A stretch of DNA of 64,000 nucleotides. Source: Polyangia bacterium (GTDB lineage Bacteria; Myxococcota_A; Polyangia; Nannocystales; Nannocystaceae). A program made the translations under genes and the position numbers. The notes under the pieces are model-generated. The model saw only the letters and a program-made list of their open reading frames with translations. It ran no database searches and was not told where the DNA came from. This document shows positions 48,877 through 58,149 of this stretch, piece after piece. Position 1 is the first letter of the stretch; each line of letters starts with the position of its first letter. Where the stretch lies: NCBI GenBank assembly GCA_030430565.1, contig JAUIKS010000008.1, forward strand, positions 111,225 to 175,224. Direction: 5' to 3'.

Positions 48877-50031
48877 TCAGAGACCGAGCCACCGCGCGAT
48901 TATATTGCGCTGGATCTCAGATGTCCCGGAGTAAATGGTGCTGGCCACAGAATCGCGCAAGATCCTCTCTACGCCAGACTCCGACATGTACCCGTAGGCG
49001 CCCATGATCTGGACCGTGTCGAGCGCCGACTGGATCAGCGCCTCGCTGACGAAGACCTTCGTCATCGAGGCCTCCAAGGTGGCGTTTCGGCCCTGACTTA
49101 AACGCCAGGCGGCCCGATATGTGAGCAACCGCGCAGCCTCGAGCTTGATGCGCATATCGGCGACGCGATGAGATATCGCCTGATACTTGCCGATCTTGCT
49201 GCCGAACTGCGAGCGCGAACGCGCGTGCTCGACCGCCCGCGTCAGCAGCCGCTCGATCTGCCCGACGTGGCTGGCGAAGATGCCGACCCGCTCCCAGTCC
49301 ATCGAGCGCGTGAACTCAGCCGAGCCGGCGCCCTCGACCCCGAGCACCGCCGAGGCGGGCACGTAGGCCTCTTCGAAGACCAGCTCGCCCATGGGAGATG
49401 TCCGAAGGCCCATCTTCGACATCGAGCGCGTCGCGGTCACGCCCTTCGTGTCGGCGTCGACGAGGAAGGTCGTGATGCCGCCGTGGTAGCCCTTGTCCGG
49501 GTCCGTCACCGCGAACACGACGTAGAGATCGCCGATCGGCCCGTTGGTGCTGAAGGTCTTGGAGCCGGAGATCCGGTAGCCGTCGCCGTCACGAACCGCG
49601 CGCATCTTCATCGAGAACGCGTCTGAGCCGGACGAGGGCTCCGTCATCCCGTTGACCGCGATCAGGCTGCCGTCCGAGAGCCCCGGCAGGTAGCGGCGCC
49701 GCTGCTCCTCGTTGCCCGACTTCCAGATCGGGACGACGCAGGAGAACAGGTGCGCGCCGAGCGAGAACAGCAGGCCGCCGTCGTCGCAGTAGCGCCCGAG
49801 CGTCTCGAACGCCATGATCGCGCTGAGCGCGTCGAGACCCGCGCCGCCGTACTCGGTCGGCACCACGAGGCCGGGCAAGCCCATCTCGCCGCACTTCACC
49901 CACAGCTCCCGCGAGAAGGTCTGCTCGTGGTCTCGCGCGAGCTCGGAGCCGTCGTTGAGGTGCTCCTGACAAAAGCGCTTGATCGTGCGCTTGAGGTCTT
50001 TCTGCTCTCGGGTGGGGTTGAAGTCCATCAC
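48877..50031 (-). CDS. Acyl-CoA dehydrogenase-family flavoprotein (probable acyl-/aminoacyl-carrier-protein oxidase)
   Basis: Full ACAD fold; GMTEPSSGSDAF, catalytic-base region IYSGTSEIQRNIIARWLGL. Third gene of the ACP - adenylation - ACAD string on the minus strand. Confidence 0.85.
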   Translation of the reverse strand: MMDFNPTREQKDLKRTIKRFCQEHLNDGSELARDHEQTFSRELWVKCGEMGLPGLVVPTEYGGAGLDALSAIMAFETLGRYCDDGGLLFSLGAHLFSCVVPIWKSGNEEQRRRYLPGLSDGSLIAVNGMTEPSSGSDAFSMKMRAVRDGDGYRISGSKTFSTNGPIGDLYVVFAVTDPDKGYHGGITTFLVDADTKGVTATRSMSKMGLRTSPMGELVFEEAYVPASAVLGVEGAGSAEFTRSMDWERVGIFASHVGQIERLLTRAVEHARSRSQFGSKIGKYQAISHRVADMRIKLEAARLLTYRAAWRLSQGRNATLEASMTKVFVSEALIQSALDTVQIMGAYGYMSESGVERILRDSVASTIYSGTSEIQRNIIARWLGL

Positions 50032-50077
50032 AGACCCTCTCGCCGTCAGAGGCTACACGCTCGGCGTCCTTTGGGCA

Positions 50078-51676
50078 TTAGCCGCGACGCTTCAACGCTT
50101 GATAGTCGACCTTGTCGGTCGAGGTCTTGGGCAAGCGCTCCAGCACCTCCACGCGGTCCGGGAGCATGTAGAGCGGCACGTGCTCGGCGCAGAATTGCTT
50201 GATTGCGAGCAGCGTGAGTGACGCCGAGGGGTCCCCGGCGACGATGAAGGCCTTGATCCGCACGCCGGCGTCCTCGCTCGGGAACGCGAGCACGGCCGCC
50301 TCCGCGATGTGCTCGTGGCGGTAGAGCGCCGACTCGATCTCGCCGAGCTCGACCCGGTACCCGCGCCGCTTGACCATTCGGTCACGTCGTCCGATGAACA
50401 CGAGCGCGCCCGCGGCGTCCGCCGAGGCGATGTCGCCCGTTCGATACCAGCCGTCGTCGGTAAACGCGGCAGATGTACGTTCAGGCAGGTTCCAGTAGCC
50501 CTGGGTGACACCGGGACCCTTGACCTGCACCTCTCCCTCCTCGCCCGCGGCGACCGGCCGGCCGTCCGCGTCGGCGAGGCGGACGTCGAGATGCGAGCAC
50601 GCGCGCCCGATCGGGTACGGCTGCTCGCGCGCCGCCGGCACCTCCGCGGGGATCTCGTGATACGTGCAGACGTTGGTCTCGGTCGGCCCGTAGAGGTTGT
50701 AGTAGCGCGCCTGCGGCCAGAGAGCCTTGAGCGCGCGCAGGTGCTTGACCGGGAACACCTCGCCGGCGAACAGCACCATCCGCAGCGCGCTGAAGTCGTA
50801 GCGCTTGAGGCGTCCGTAGTGCGCGAGCATCGTGAGGATCGACGGCGCCGAGTACCACACGGTGATCCCGTGGCGCGAGATCCACTGTCCGAGCGCGCGC
50901 GGCTCTCGCGACGCGAGCGGCTCCACGAGCACCAGCGTCGCGCCCGCGCTGAGGCAGACGTAGAGGTCGAGGATCGAGAGGTCGAAGTGCAGCGGCGCGT
51001 GGGACGAGAACTTGTCCTCGGGGACCGGCTGGACCAGCGCGCGCGCCCACTCGACGAAGCTCACCGCGTTCTCGTGGGTGAGCATCACGCCCTTGGGGCG
51101 CCCCGTGGATCCCGAGGTGTAGAGGATGTACGCGAGCTCGTCGGGCTCGCTCCGCTCGCTCGTCGCGTCCTCGCCCGCGCGCGCGTGGCCCTCGAGCGCG
51201 GCCCGCAGGCCGTCGCCGCCGCCGACCGCGTCGATCGTGATGAACACCGGCTCCGCGCCGCCCGCCTCCCCGCCCCCAGCAGCTCGCAGGGCCGCGAGCT
51301 CGGCGCGCAGCGCCGGCTCGAGCGAGGCCTCGACGAACACGGCCGCGAGCTCGCAGTCGAACGCGATGTACGCGCCCCTCGACATCGGCGCGCCGGGATC
51401 GATCGGGACGTACGCGGCGCCCGCCCGCAGGATCCCGAGCAGCGTCGCCACCGCGTCGATCGACTTTGAGACGCACAAGCCGACGCGCGCGCCCCGGCCG
51501 ATCCGGAGCGCGCGCAATACGTCACATGTTTTTTTAGACAGATCTTCGAGCTCGCCGTACGTCACGCGACGATCGACGCGCGGCTCCTCGATCGCGATCC
51601 GCTCGGAGAACGCCGCGGCGGCCTGCAGGACGAGGCCGTGGAGCGACTCTCGCTTCCACCGGGGGGCCTCCATCAC
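50078..51676 (-). CDS. Stand-alone adenylation enzyme (ANL superfamily, amino-acid-activating type)
   Basis: A3 YTSGSTGRPKGV, A4 HFDLSI (Asp retained = alpha-amino acid substrate), A5 NLYGPTETNV, A7 YRTGD, A10 LPKTSTDKVDYQAL. 532 aa, no C/T domains. Confidence 0.85.
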   Translation of the reverse strand: MMEAPRWKRESLHGLVLQAAAAFSERIAIEEPRVDRRVTYGELEDLSKKTCDVLRALRIGRGARVGLCVSKSIDAVATLLGILRAGAAYVPIDPGAPMSRGAYIAFDCELAAVFVEASLEPALRAELAALRAAGGGEAGGAEPVFITIDAVGGGDGLRAALEGHARAGEDATSERSEPDELAYILYTSGSTGRPKGVMLTHENAVSFVEWARALVQPVPEDKFSSHAPLHFDLSILDLYVCLSAGATLVLVEPLASREPRALGQWISRHGITVWYSAPSILTMLAHYGRLKRYDFSALRMVLFAGEVFPVKHLRALKALWPQARYYNLYGPTETNVCTYHEIPAEVPAAREQPYPIGRACSHLDVRLADADGRPVAAGEEGEVQVKGPGVTQGYWNLPERTSAAFTDDGWYRTGDIASADAAGALVFIGRRDRMVKRRGYRVELGEIESALYRHEHIAEAAVLAFPSEDAGVRIKAFIVAGDPSASLTLLAIKQFCAEHVPLYMLPDRVEVLERLPKTSTDKVDYQALKRRG

Positions 51677-51683
51677 CGCGTCC

Positions 51684-51965
51684 TCAGGCGTCGCTTGGGT
51701 CGCGCTTCTTCACGACGAAGCTCGCTATCCGCGAGATCGTGCTGAGGTGCGTCACGAGCACGTCCTCGGGCAGGATCTCGATGTCGTACTCGTCCTCGAG
51801 CCACGAGAACATCTTCAAGGCGGCCATCGAGTCGAGCGTGCCGCTCTCGACCAGCGAGGTCTCGTCTGTCAGCTTCGACGCGTCCTCGCCGTCGAAGAAC
51901 TGCTCGAGGATGTACTTTCGGACTTCCAGCCTTACCTCATCCATCTTCGCCGAACTCTCGTCCAT
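51684..51965 (-). CDS. Stand-alone carrier protein (PCP/ACP)
   Basis: GGTGGAG then ATG 51965. Ppant site ESGTLDSMAALKMFSWLEDEY. 8 nt upstream of the adenylation gene. Confidence 0.8.
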   Translation of the reverse strand: MDESSAKMDEVRLEVRKYILEQFFDGEDASKLTDETSLVESGTLDSMAALKMFSWLEDEYDIEILPEDVLVTHLSTISRIASFVVKKRDPSDA

Positions 51966-52362
51966 GTCGTCTGCTCCACCCGCCCGGTTGGTCATCTAGC
52001 GGCGCCAGGCGTTTACGCGGTTCAATGATTATGTGTCGCGGATTGACGTTTGCAAAGGTTCGATACCGCTGCGCACGATTCCACGATGCTCAGCTGCGCG
52101 CCTCCGCGAGGCGCGATCCGGTGCCCGCTCCGCGCGCCCGCGCCGGCGCGTCGCCGCGGCGCTCGATTTCCGCGTGACGAGTTCGCGCGGCGGACAGGTG
52201 CACACACAACCGAGGACCTCGGGCCGCGCCGCGCGGCGCCGCGAAGGTGTCCGTTCGTTCACGCTCAACCTTCCGCTAGCTGCGACCGCTTGATCTTGCT
52301 ACCATCGCCACCTGTCGCGCAGCTTCGCTCGCGCGACGGCTGGGCGAAGGGCTCGCGCAACC

Positions 52363-53346
52363 ATGACCCAAAGTCTCGATCGGATCGACGTGCACGCCCA
52401 CGGATTCCCGGAGGCCTACCTTCGGAGCCTGTGCAAGCGATACCCGCAGAAGGCGTCGCTGCAAGAGCCCTGCGACGGGAAGCCGCTGATCGCGTACTGG
52501 TCACGAGCGCCGATCCCCGCCTGGGACACGACGATCCGCCTCCGCGAGATGGAGCGCGATCGCGTGGTCACCGAGGTCCTCTCGGCGCCGACGATCTACA
52601 CGCACCTCGACGACGAGAGCCCGAGCTACTGCCGGATGCTCAACGACTTCCAGGCCGAGCTCGCGCGCGCGTCCCCGGGGCGATTTCGCTCCCTGCTTCA
52701 CCTGCCCGTGAACTCGATCCCCGCGTCGCTCGAGGAGCTCGCGCGCTGGAAGGGGCGCTCCGAGGCCGCCGGCGTCGTGTTCGGCTCCAACATGGGCGGC
52801 GTGTACCCAGGCGACACCTCGCTCCTGCCGATCTGGGAGGCCATCGACAAGCTCTCGATGCCGGTCCTGGTCCACCCGGTCACGCCCCCCGCGCTCTACG
52901 GGCCGGTCGTGCCGACCATCCTCCAGTTCCCGCTGGACTCCGTGACGGCGGCCGCGTCGATCCTCTACTCAGGCCTGTTCGAGCGCTTCCCCGGCCTGAA
53001 GATCATCATTCCGCACCTCGGCGGCTTCCTCCCCTTCGTCCGTACCCGCCTCGACATGGCCGCAGACATCGCGGGCTTTCCCCCGGGGCAGGGCCAAGAC
53101 CTCCCGAAGAAGCCGAGCGCCTACGTCGACCGTTTCTACTTTGATATGGCGCAGGGCTTTCATCGCGAGTCCTTCGACTGCTGCCGCTCGGTCGCGGGGA
53201 TCGACCACATCCTCTACGGCACGGACCACTTCTTCCTCGACGATCCGTGGCGTCCGCGGCTCAACGCGTTCATCGACGATCTCCCGCTGAGCATCCGTGA
53301 CCGCATCGCGCTGTTGAGCGGCAACGCCGAGCGCATCTTGCGGTGA
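52363..53346 (+). CDS. Amidohydrolase-2 family (ACMSD-type) metal-dependent decarboxylase/hydrolase
   Basis: IDVHAHGFPEAY (HxH), IIPHLGG, ILYGTDHFF (D-H). 327 aa. Divergent from the carrier-protein operon across a ~400-bp intergenic region. Confidence 0.8.
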   Translation: MTQSLDRIDVHAHGFPEAYLRSLCKRYPQKASLQEPCDGKPLIAYWSRAPIPAWDTTIRLREMERDRVVTEVLSAPTIYTHLDDESPSYCRMLNDFQAELARASPGRFRSLLHLPVNSIPASLEELARWKGRSEAAGVVFGSNMGGVYPGDTSLLPIWEAIDKLSMPVLVHPVTPPALYGPVVPTILQFPLDSVTAAASILYSGLFERFPGLKIIIPHLGGFLPFVRTRLDMAADIAGFPPGQGQDLPKKPSAYVDRFYFDMAQGFHRESFDCCRSVAGIDHILYGTDHFFLDDPWRPRLNAFIDDLPLSIRDRIALLSGNAERILR

Positions 53347-53436
53347 GGACCCCCGCGCGCGAGCGCCGGTCGATTGATCGCGCTCGCCGGCGACTGGTAG
53401 GCTCGCCTGCGCCCGCGTCCTGGCGCGAGAGAGAAC

Positions 53437-55152
53437 ATGTACGAGGTGACGGAGCCGGATGTCCTCGTCGTCGGCGCGGGGCCGACCGGCCTCACGCTCG
53501 CGTGCGAGCTCGCCCGACACGGCGTGAGCTGTCGGCTGATCGAGCGCGCGAGCACACCCGCCGAGCCGCGCGCCGCCGCGGAGCTGCTGCCGCGCACGCA
53601 GGAGGTCCTCGCCGCGATCGGCGTGCTCGAGCGCGTCGAGGAGCGAGCGCAGGCGCTCCGCTCCATGAACGTCTACGCCGTCGACGGCGCCCGCCGGCTC
53701 GCGCGCCTCGAGTACGCGCAGCTCGACGCTCCCTTCGCGCGGGTCCTCGGCGCCACCCCCAGCGCGCTGACGACGGCGCTCCGCGATCGCGCGCGCGAGC
53801 TCGGCGTCGAGCTCGAGTGTGGTGTTGAGCTGATGGAGCTAGAGCCCGGCGCCGACGACGAGCCGACCCGCGCCCGGCTGCGCCACGCTACCGATCAGGA
53901 TCAGCAGCAGCGCGAAGAGCACGCGCGCGCGCGCTGGGTCGTCGGCTGTGACGGCGCGCAGAGCGTGGTCCGCCGCGCGCTGAACATCCCCTTCGACGCG
54001 CTCTCGACCGCCGAGCAGTACTGGCTGGCGGATGTTGAGCTCGAGTGGGAGATGCCGGAGGACGACCAGTACATCTTCCTGGGCGAGCGCGGCTTCGTCT
54101 TGCTGGTGTCGCTGCCGGGCGAGCGTCGCTATCAGCTCGTGCTCGAGCAACCATCCGCGCAGGAGTCCGCGCCGACCCTCGCCGAGCTGCGTGAGCAATT
54201 CTGTCGCAGAGTTCATATTCGCGGCGAGCTGCACAGCGCCCGCTGGATCGCGCGAGAGCGCGTCCACCCGCGGCTCGCCTCGCGCTTCCGCGCCGGCCCC
54301 GTGTTTCTCGCAGGCGACGCCGCCCACCGGCACAGCCCGCTGAACGGGCACGGGCTCAACGCCGGGATCCAAGACGTGCACAACCTCGCGTGGAAGCTGG
54401 GCCTCGTGAAGCGCGGGCTCGCCCGCCCGGCGCTGCTCGAGACCTACGACGAAGAGCGCCGCGACGCCGGGCTGCATATCTCGCGGGGAGATCCGGATCG
54501 AACCAGCCGCGCGCTCCGCCTGCGCGGATCGCTCGCGCGCGGGATCCGAGACGCGCTCACGCCGGTGCTCGCCAGCGTCGAGTCGATCAACCGCCGCGTC
54601 GCGCGAGCGTTCAGCGAATTCGAGGTCAGCTACCGCGGGAGCTCGCTGGTCGAGGAGCACCACACGCCGCTGCTCAGCGCGCGCCTGACCCACAGCGACC
54701 GCAGCGAGCAGGCCAGCCTCGCCGATCGCCGCGAGTTCGCCGCGGCGCCGGCGGCCGGCGACCGCGCCCCGCACGTGGTGTTCCGCGACCGCGAGGGCGC
54801 GTCGCGGCAGCTGTTCGATCTGACCTCTAGTACATGTCACACCCTGCTGCTCTTCGACGGTCACGCGCCCACCCCGGCCGGGTACCGAAACCTCGCCGAG
54901 ATCGCGAAGGCGACCCGTGACCAGTACGGCGATCTCGTGCGCGCCCACGTCGTGATCCCGGCCGCGCGCGCGCCGACCGAGCTCGCGTGGGACGGGCCGA
55001 TCATCCTGGACCACGACGGCGAGCTCCACCGACGCTTCGGCGCGCGCGCCGAGTGTCAGTACCTGATCCGCCCCGACCATCACGTCGCGTTCCGCAGCCA
55101 GCCCGCGAGTCGCCACCTGCTGGTCGAGTACCTCCGGCGCGTGTTGATCTAG
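53437..55152 (+). CDS. Class A FAD-dependent aromatic monooxygenase (PheA/TfdB-like)
   Basis: VLVVGAGPTGLTLACELARHGVSCRLIER (GxGxxG), RWVVGCDGAQSVVRRAL, FLAGDAAHRHSPLNGHGLNAGIQDVHNLAWKL. No halogenase WxWxIP motifs seen. Confidence 0.85.
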   Translation: MYEVTEPDVLVVGAGPTGLTLACELARHGVSCRLIERASTPAEPRAAAELLPRTQEVLAAIGVLERVEERAQALRSMNVYAVDGARRLARLEYAQLDAPFARVLGATPSALTTALRDRARELGVELECGVELMELEPGADDEPTRARLRHATDQDQQQREEHARARWVVGCDGAQSVVRRALNIPFDALSTAEQYWLADVELEWEMPEDDQYIFLGERGFVLLVSLPGERRYQLVLEQPSAQESAPTLAELREQFCRRVHIRGELHSARWIARERVHPRLASRFRAGPVFLAGDAAHRHSPLNGHGLNAGIQDVHNLAWKLGLVKRGLARPALLETYDEERRDAGLHISRGDPDRTSRALRLRGSLARGIRDALTPVLASVESINRRVARAFSEFEVSYRGSSLVEEHHTPLLSARLTHSDRSEQASLADRREFAAAPAAGDRAPHVVFRDREGASRQLFDLTSSTCHTLLLFDGHAPTPAGYRNLAEIAKATRDQYGDLVRAHVVIPAARAPTELAWDGPIILDHDGELHRRFGARAECQYLIRPDHHVAFRSQPASRHLLVEYLRRVLI

Positions 55153-55311
55153 CCCCCGTGGCTCTCCACGTCTCGACGCGAGATCGGCGAGCGGGAACCG
55201 TTTGAAGAGTGAACGAGGCGCACGAACCGACACGCTCGGCGCGATGAGAGGGGCCCGCGGTAGCTCGTGCGCTCGTCGTTCGCAGCAGAACCCTGGTGCG
55301 TGCCATGGCGG

Positions 55312-56271
55312 CTAGCTGCGCTCGGGCCCTGAGACGGGGACCGAGAGCACGTCCGCGAGCGCCAGCGGGTGGTCGTCGATCATCGGCAGCGTCTCGACGC
55401 AGCGGATCCGGAGCGACGCGGCGGGCGGCTGGCGCAGCGCGAGCGCGACGCGGTGCGCCGGGTCTGGGCGCAGCAGGCGAAAGCTCCACTCGCCCGGGCG
55501 CTCGTCCGCGAGCGTCCCAGCGAACGCGATGCGGATCCCCTCTGGGCCGACGGGCGCGCGCCCGTCCCCCAGCTTGTAGACGAAGTCCCGCAGCGGGATC
55601 GCGAGCCCCATCCCGCGCGCCTTGATGTACGCCTCTTTCAGCGTCCAGTAGTCAAAGAAGCGTGACTTCGCCAGCGCGTCGCCGTGGACGCCGGCGAAGG
55701 CGAGCAGCTCCTCGACCTCAGCCGGCGCGAAGAAGTGCTCGGCGATGTTGAGGCCGCTGGTCCGCCGGGTGATGTCCTCGACGTCGACGCCGAGATCCCC
55801 GCGGCCGACGAGCATGACCACGAGACCATCCGTGTGCGAGAGGTTAAATCGCACCGGACCCAGACCGTGGGACAGGTCGAGATCCGGTCGGCCGTGCTCA
55901 TTAAACGCGAAGCGCAGCGCCGCCGGCGAGCACGGCGCGCCGGCCCCGGCGACGTAGCGCGCGAGCGTGACCCGCACGAGCGCGCGCGCGACGAGGAACA
56001 GATGGCGATGCCGCGCGAACAAGAACCGCCCGTGACGCTCGCGCTCCGTCTCGTTCAGCACGGACGCGTAGGCCTCTAGTAGATCGGGGTCGATCGCGGC
56101 GGCGGGGCGCGCCCACCAGAGGTGCAGCTCGCCTCGCTCGGGGGGCGTGAGCGCGTCCGTGGCGCGAGCTCGGGGGTCGACATCGCTGTGCACGCGCGGT
56201 GATCGTTGCACGCGCGGAGAGCCCCAGGTCAAGCGCTCGCGACGCTTGCCAGGAGCGCGATCGCGGGTCAC
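55312..56271 (-). CDS. Sfp-type 4'-phosphopantetheinyl transferase
   Basis: FNLSHTDGLVVMLVGRGDLGVDVE and WTLKEAYIKARG. GTG start at 56271 is tentative; the real start may be internal. Confidence 0.75.
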   Translation of the reverse strand: MTRDRAPGKRRERLTWGSPRVQRSPRVHSDVDPRARATDALTPPERGELHLWWARPAAAIDPDLLEAYASVLNETERERHGRFLFARHRHLFLVARALVRVTLARYVAGAGAPCSPAALRFAFNEHGRPDLDLSHGLGPVRFNLSHTDGLVVMLVGRGDLGVDVEDITRRTSGLNIAEHFFAPAEVEELLAFAGVHGDALAKSRFFDYWTLKEAYIKARGMGLAIPLRDFVYKLGDGRAPVGPEGIRIAFAGTLADERPGEWSFRLLRPDPAHRVALALRQPPAASLRIRCVETLPMIDDHPLALADVLSVPVSGPERS

Positions 56272-56315
56272 GCTGCCGTTGGCGCCGCCGGTGCCCTCCC
56301 GCGAATTGTGACCCC

Positions 56316-57386
56316 ATGACCGCCTCCTCCGCAGTCGACAAGACCGGCGCGCTGCTCATCAACCTCGGCACCCCCGAGGCGCCCGAGCCTGGACCCGTCC
56401 GCCGATACCTGCGCGAGTTCCTCTCGGATCCGCGCGTGATCGACATCAACCCGATCGGCCGCTGGTTGTTGCTCAACCTGATCATCTTGCCGTTCCGCCC
56501 GGCCCGCTCGGCCGCCGCCTACCGCAAGGTGTGGACGCCGAAGGGCTCCCCCCTGCTCGTGCACGGCCGCGAGCTCACGGCCGCGGTGCAGCGGCGGCTC
56601 CCAGACTGGGAGGTCCGCCTCGCCATGCGCTACGGCGAGCCGTCCCTGCGCGACGGCCTCACCGCGCTGCGGGCGGCCGGCTGCGACCGCATCGTCGCCA
56701 TGCCGCTGTATCCGCAGTTCGCCTCCAGCTCCACGGGCTCGACGGTCGAGGCGCTCTACGCCGAGGTCGGTCGCCACTGGAACACGCCCTTCGTCACGGT
56801 CGTGCCGCCGTTCTACGAGCACCCCGACTTCATCGAGGCCCTCGCGGCGCGCGGTCGGCCCGTGCTCGACGATCTCGACCCCGAGCACGTGCTGTTCAGC
56901 TTCCACGGGCTCCCAGTGCGTCACGTCACCAAGAGCGCGCCGAGCGGCTGCTGCCGCGTCGACGACGAGTGCTGCGCGCGGATCTCGATCGAGAACCAAA
57001 ATTGCTACCGCGCGCAATGCTTCGCGACGGCGCGCGCGCTCGCCACGGCGCTCGGCCTTGAAACACCTGACTACACGGTCAGCTTCCAGTCGCGCCTCGG
57101 CCGGACCGAGTGGATCAAGCCGTACACGGACATCGTGATCGAGGAGCTCGGCAAGCGCGGCGTGAAGCGGCTCGCGGTGTTCTGCCCGGCGTTCGTCGCC
57201 GACTGTCTCGAGACCTTGGAGGAGATCGGGATCGCGGCCGCCGAGAGCTTCCGCGAGGCCGGCGGAGACCGCCTCGAGCTGGTCCCCGCCGTCAACGCGA
57301 CGGATCGCTGGGCCGACGGCGTGGCGGCGATCCTCCAGGCGAGCGAGCCCCCGGCGAGCCGCCGCCAGCTGCCCGTCGTCACCTAG
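56316..57386 (+). CDS. hemH: Ferrochelatase
   Basis: ATG 56316. LLINLGTPEAPEPGPVRRYLREFLSDPRVIDI, MRYGEPS, FSFHGLP, CPAFVADCLETLEEI. The upstream extension of the ORF to 56199 is junk. Confidence 0.9.
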   Translation: MTASSAVDKTGALLINLGTPEAPEPGPVRRYLREFLSDPRVIDINPIGRWLLLNLIILPFRPARSAAAYRKVWTPKGSPLLVHGRELTAAVQRRLPDWEVRLAMRYGEPSLRDGLTALRAAGCDRIVAMPLYPQFASSSTGSTVEALYAEVGRHWNTPFVTVVPPFYEHPDFIEALAARGRPVLDDLDPEHVLFSFHGLPVRHVTKSAPSGCCRVDDECCARISIENQNCYRAQCFATARALATALGLETPDYTVSFQSRLGRTEWIKPYTDIVIEELGKRGVKRLAVFCPAFVADCLETLEEIGIAAAESFREAGGDRLELVPAVNATDRWADGVAAILQASEPPASRRQLPVVT

Positions 57387-58093
57387 GCCCGCGCCTGGGG
57401 ACGCGTCGCGCTCGACGCGGCGCCGCGCTTTCTCCGACGCGGCCCGCGACGCGCGCCCGCCAGCGTGAGCACGTGCTCGAAGTGGGCGCGCTGGACCGGC
57501 TGAATCGAGAGTCGCTGGCCGCGCTGCACGACGAGCATCTCGGCGAGCGCGAGCTCGGCCTTCAACGCCTCGAGCGACACCGGATCCGCGAACTTCTCGA
57601 CGAACTCGACATCGACCATGACCCACCGCGGGTTCGCGGGGTCGGACTTTGGATCGTGGTACTTGCTGCCCGGATCGAAGGCGGTGTGGTCGGGATACGC
57701 GGTCTTGCAGACCCGCGCGAGGCCGACCACGCCGGGGGGCTTGGCGTTGGAGTGGTAGAAGAACACCCAGTCGCCGACGCGCATGTCGTCGCGCATAAAA
57801 TTACGCGCCTGGTAGTTGCGGATCCCGTCCCACTCGGCGCTCTTGTCCCGCGCGAGGTCGTCGATCGAGTACGCGTCGGGCTCGCTCTTCATGAGCCAGT
57901 AGCCGGTGGCCGCGAGGGCCGGGTTCTTCACCGGAGGCTTCTTCGCCGCCTTCTTCTTCGTGGCCTTCTTCGTGGCCTTCTTCGTGACCTTCTTCGCCGC
58001 CTTCTTCGTCGCCGGCTTCTTCGTCACCGGCTTCTTCGTGGCCTTCTTCGCCGCCTTCTTCGTCGCCTTCTTCGTCTTCCGTGTCGCCGGCAT
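57383..58093 (-). CDS. EVE (PUA-like) domain protein with N-terminal histone-H1-like Lys/Ala/Thr-rich repeat tail
   Basis: ATG 58093. Tail MPATRKTKKATKKAAKKATKKPVTKKPATKKAAKKVTKKATKKATKKKAAKK encoded by a ~12-bp tandem repeat (acgaagaaggcc). EVE core GYWLMKSEPDAYSIDDL...WDGIRNYQARNFMRDDMRVGDWVFFYHS...GVVGLARV...RWVMVDVEF. Confidence 0.8.
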   Translation of the reverse strand: MPATRKTKKATKKAAKKATKKPVTKKPATKKAAKKVTKKATKKATKKKAAKKPPVKNPALAATGYWLMKSEPDAYSIDDLARDKSAEWDGIRNYQARNFMRDDMRVGDWVFFYHSNAKPPGVVGLARVCKTAYPDHTAFDPGSKYHDPKSDPANPRWVMVDVEFVEKFADPVSLEALKAELALAEMLVVQRGQRLSIQPVQRAHFEHVLTLAGARRGPRRRKRGAASSATRPQARA

Positions 58094-58149
58094 CGCCGGA
58101 TTCGTGCCCGGTTTTTCCGTCGCGCGCAAGGCTCCGCGAAAGCCTGATA

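Noticed and set aside
52050-52085. tRNA-like T-loop motif (ggttcgatacc) in the divergent intergenic region
   Set aside because: Flanking bases do not form a T-stem (aaagg versus ccgct), and no acceptor or anticodon arm can be drawn. Not a tRNA.
52050-53144. 364-aa plus-strand ORF overlapping the amidohydrolase gene in another frame
   Set aside because: Pro/Arg-rich. The amidohydrolase frame (52363-53346) carries the HxH / HLGG / DH motifs.
56199-56315. Upstream extension of the ferrochelatase ORF (GTG 56199)
   Set aside because: The extension translates to Arg/Cys/Trp-rich junk. The conserved ferrochelatase N-terminus begins right after ATG 56316.
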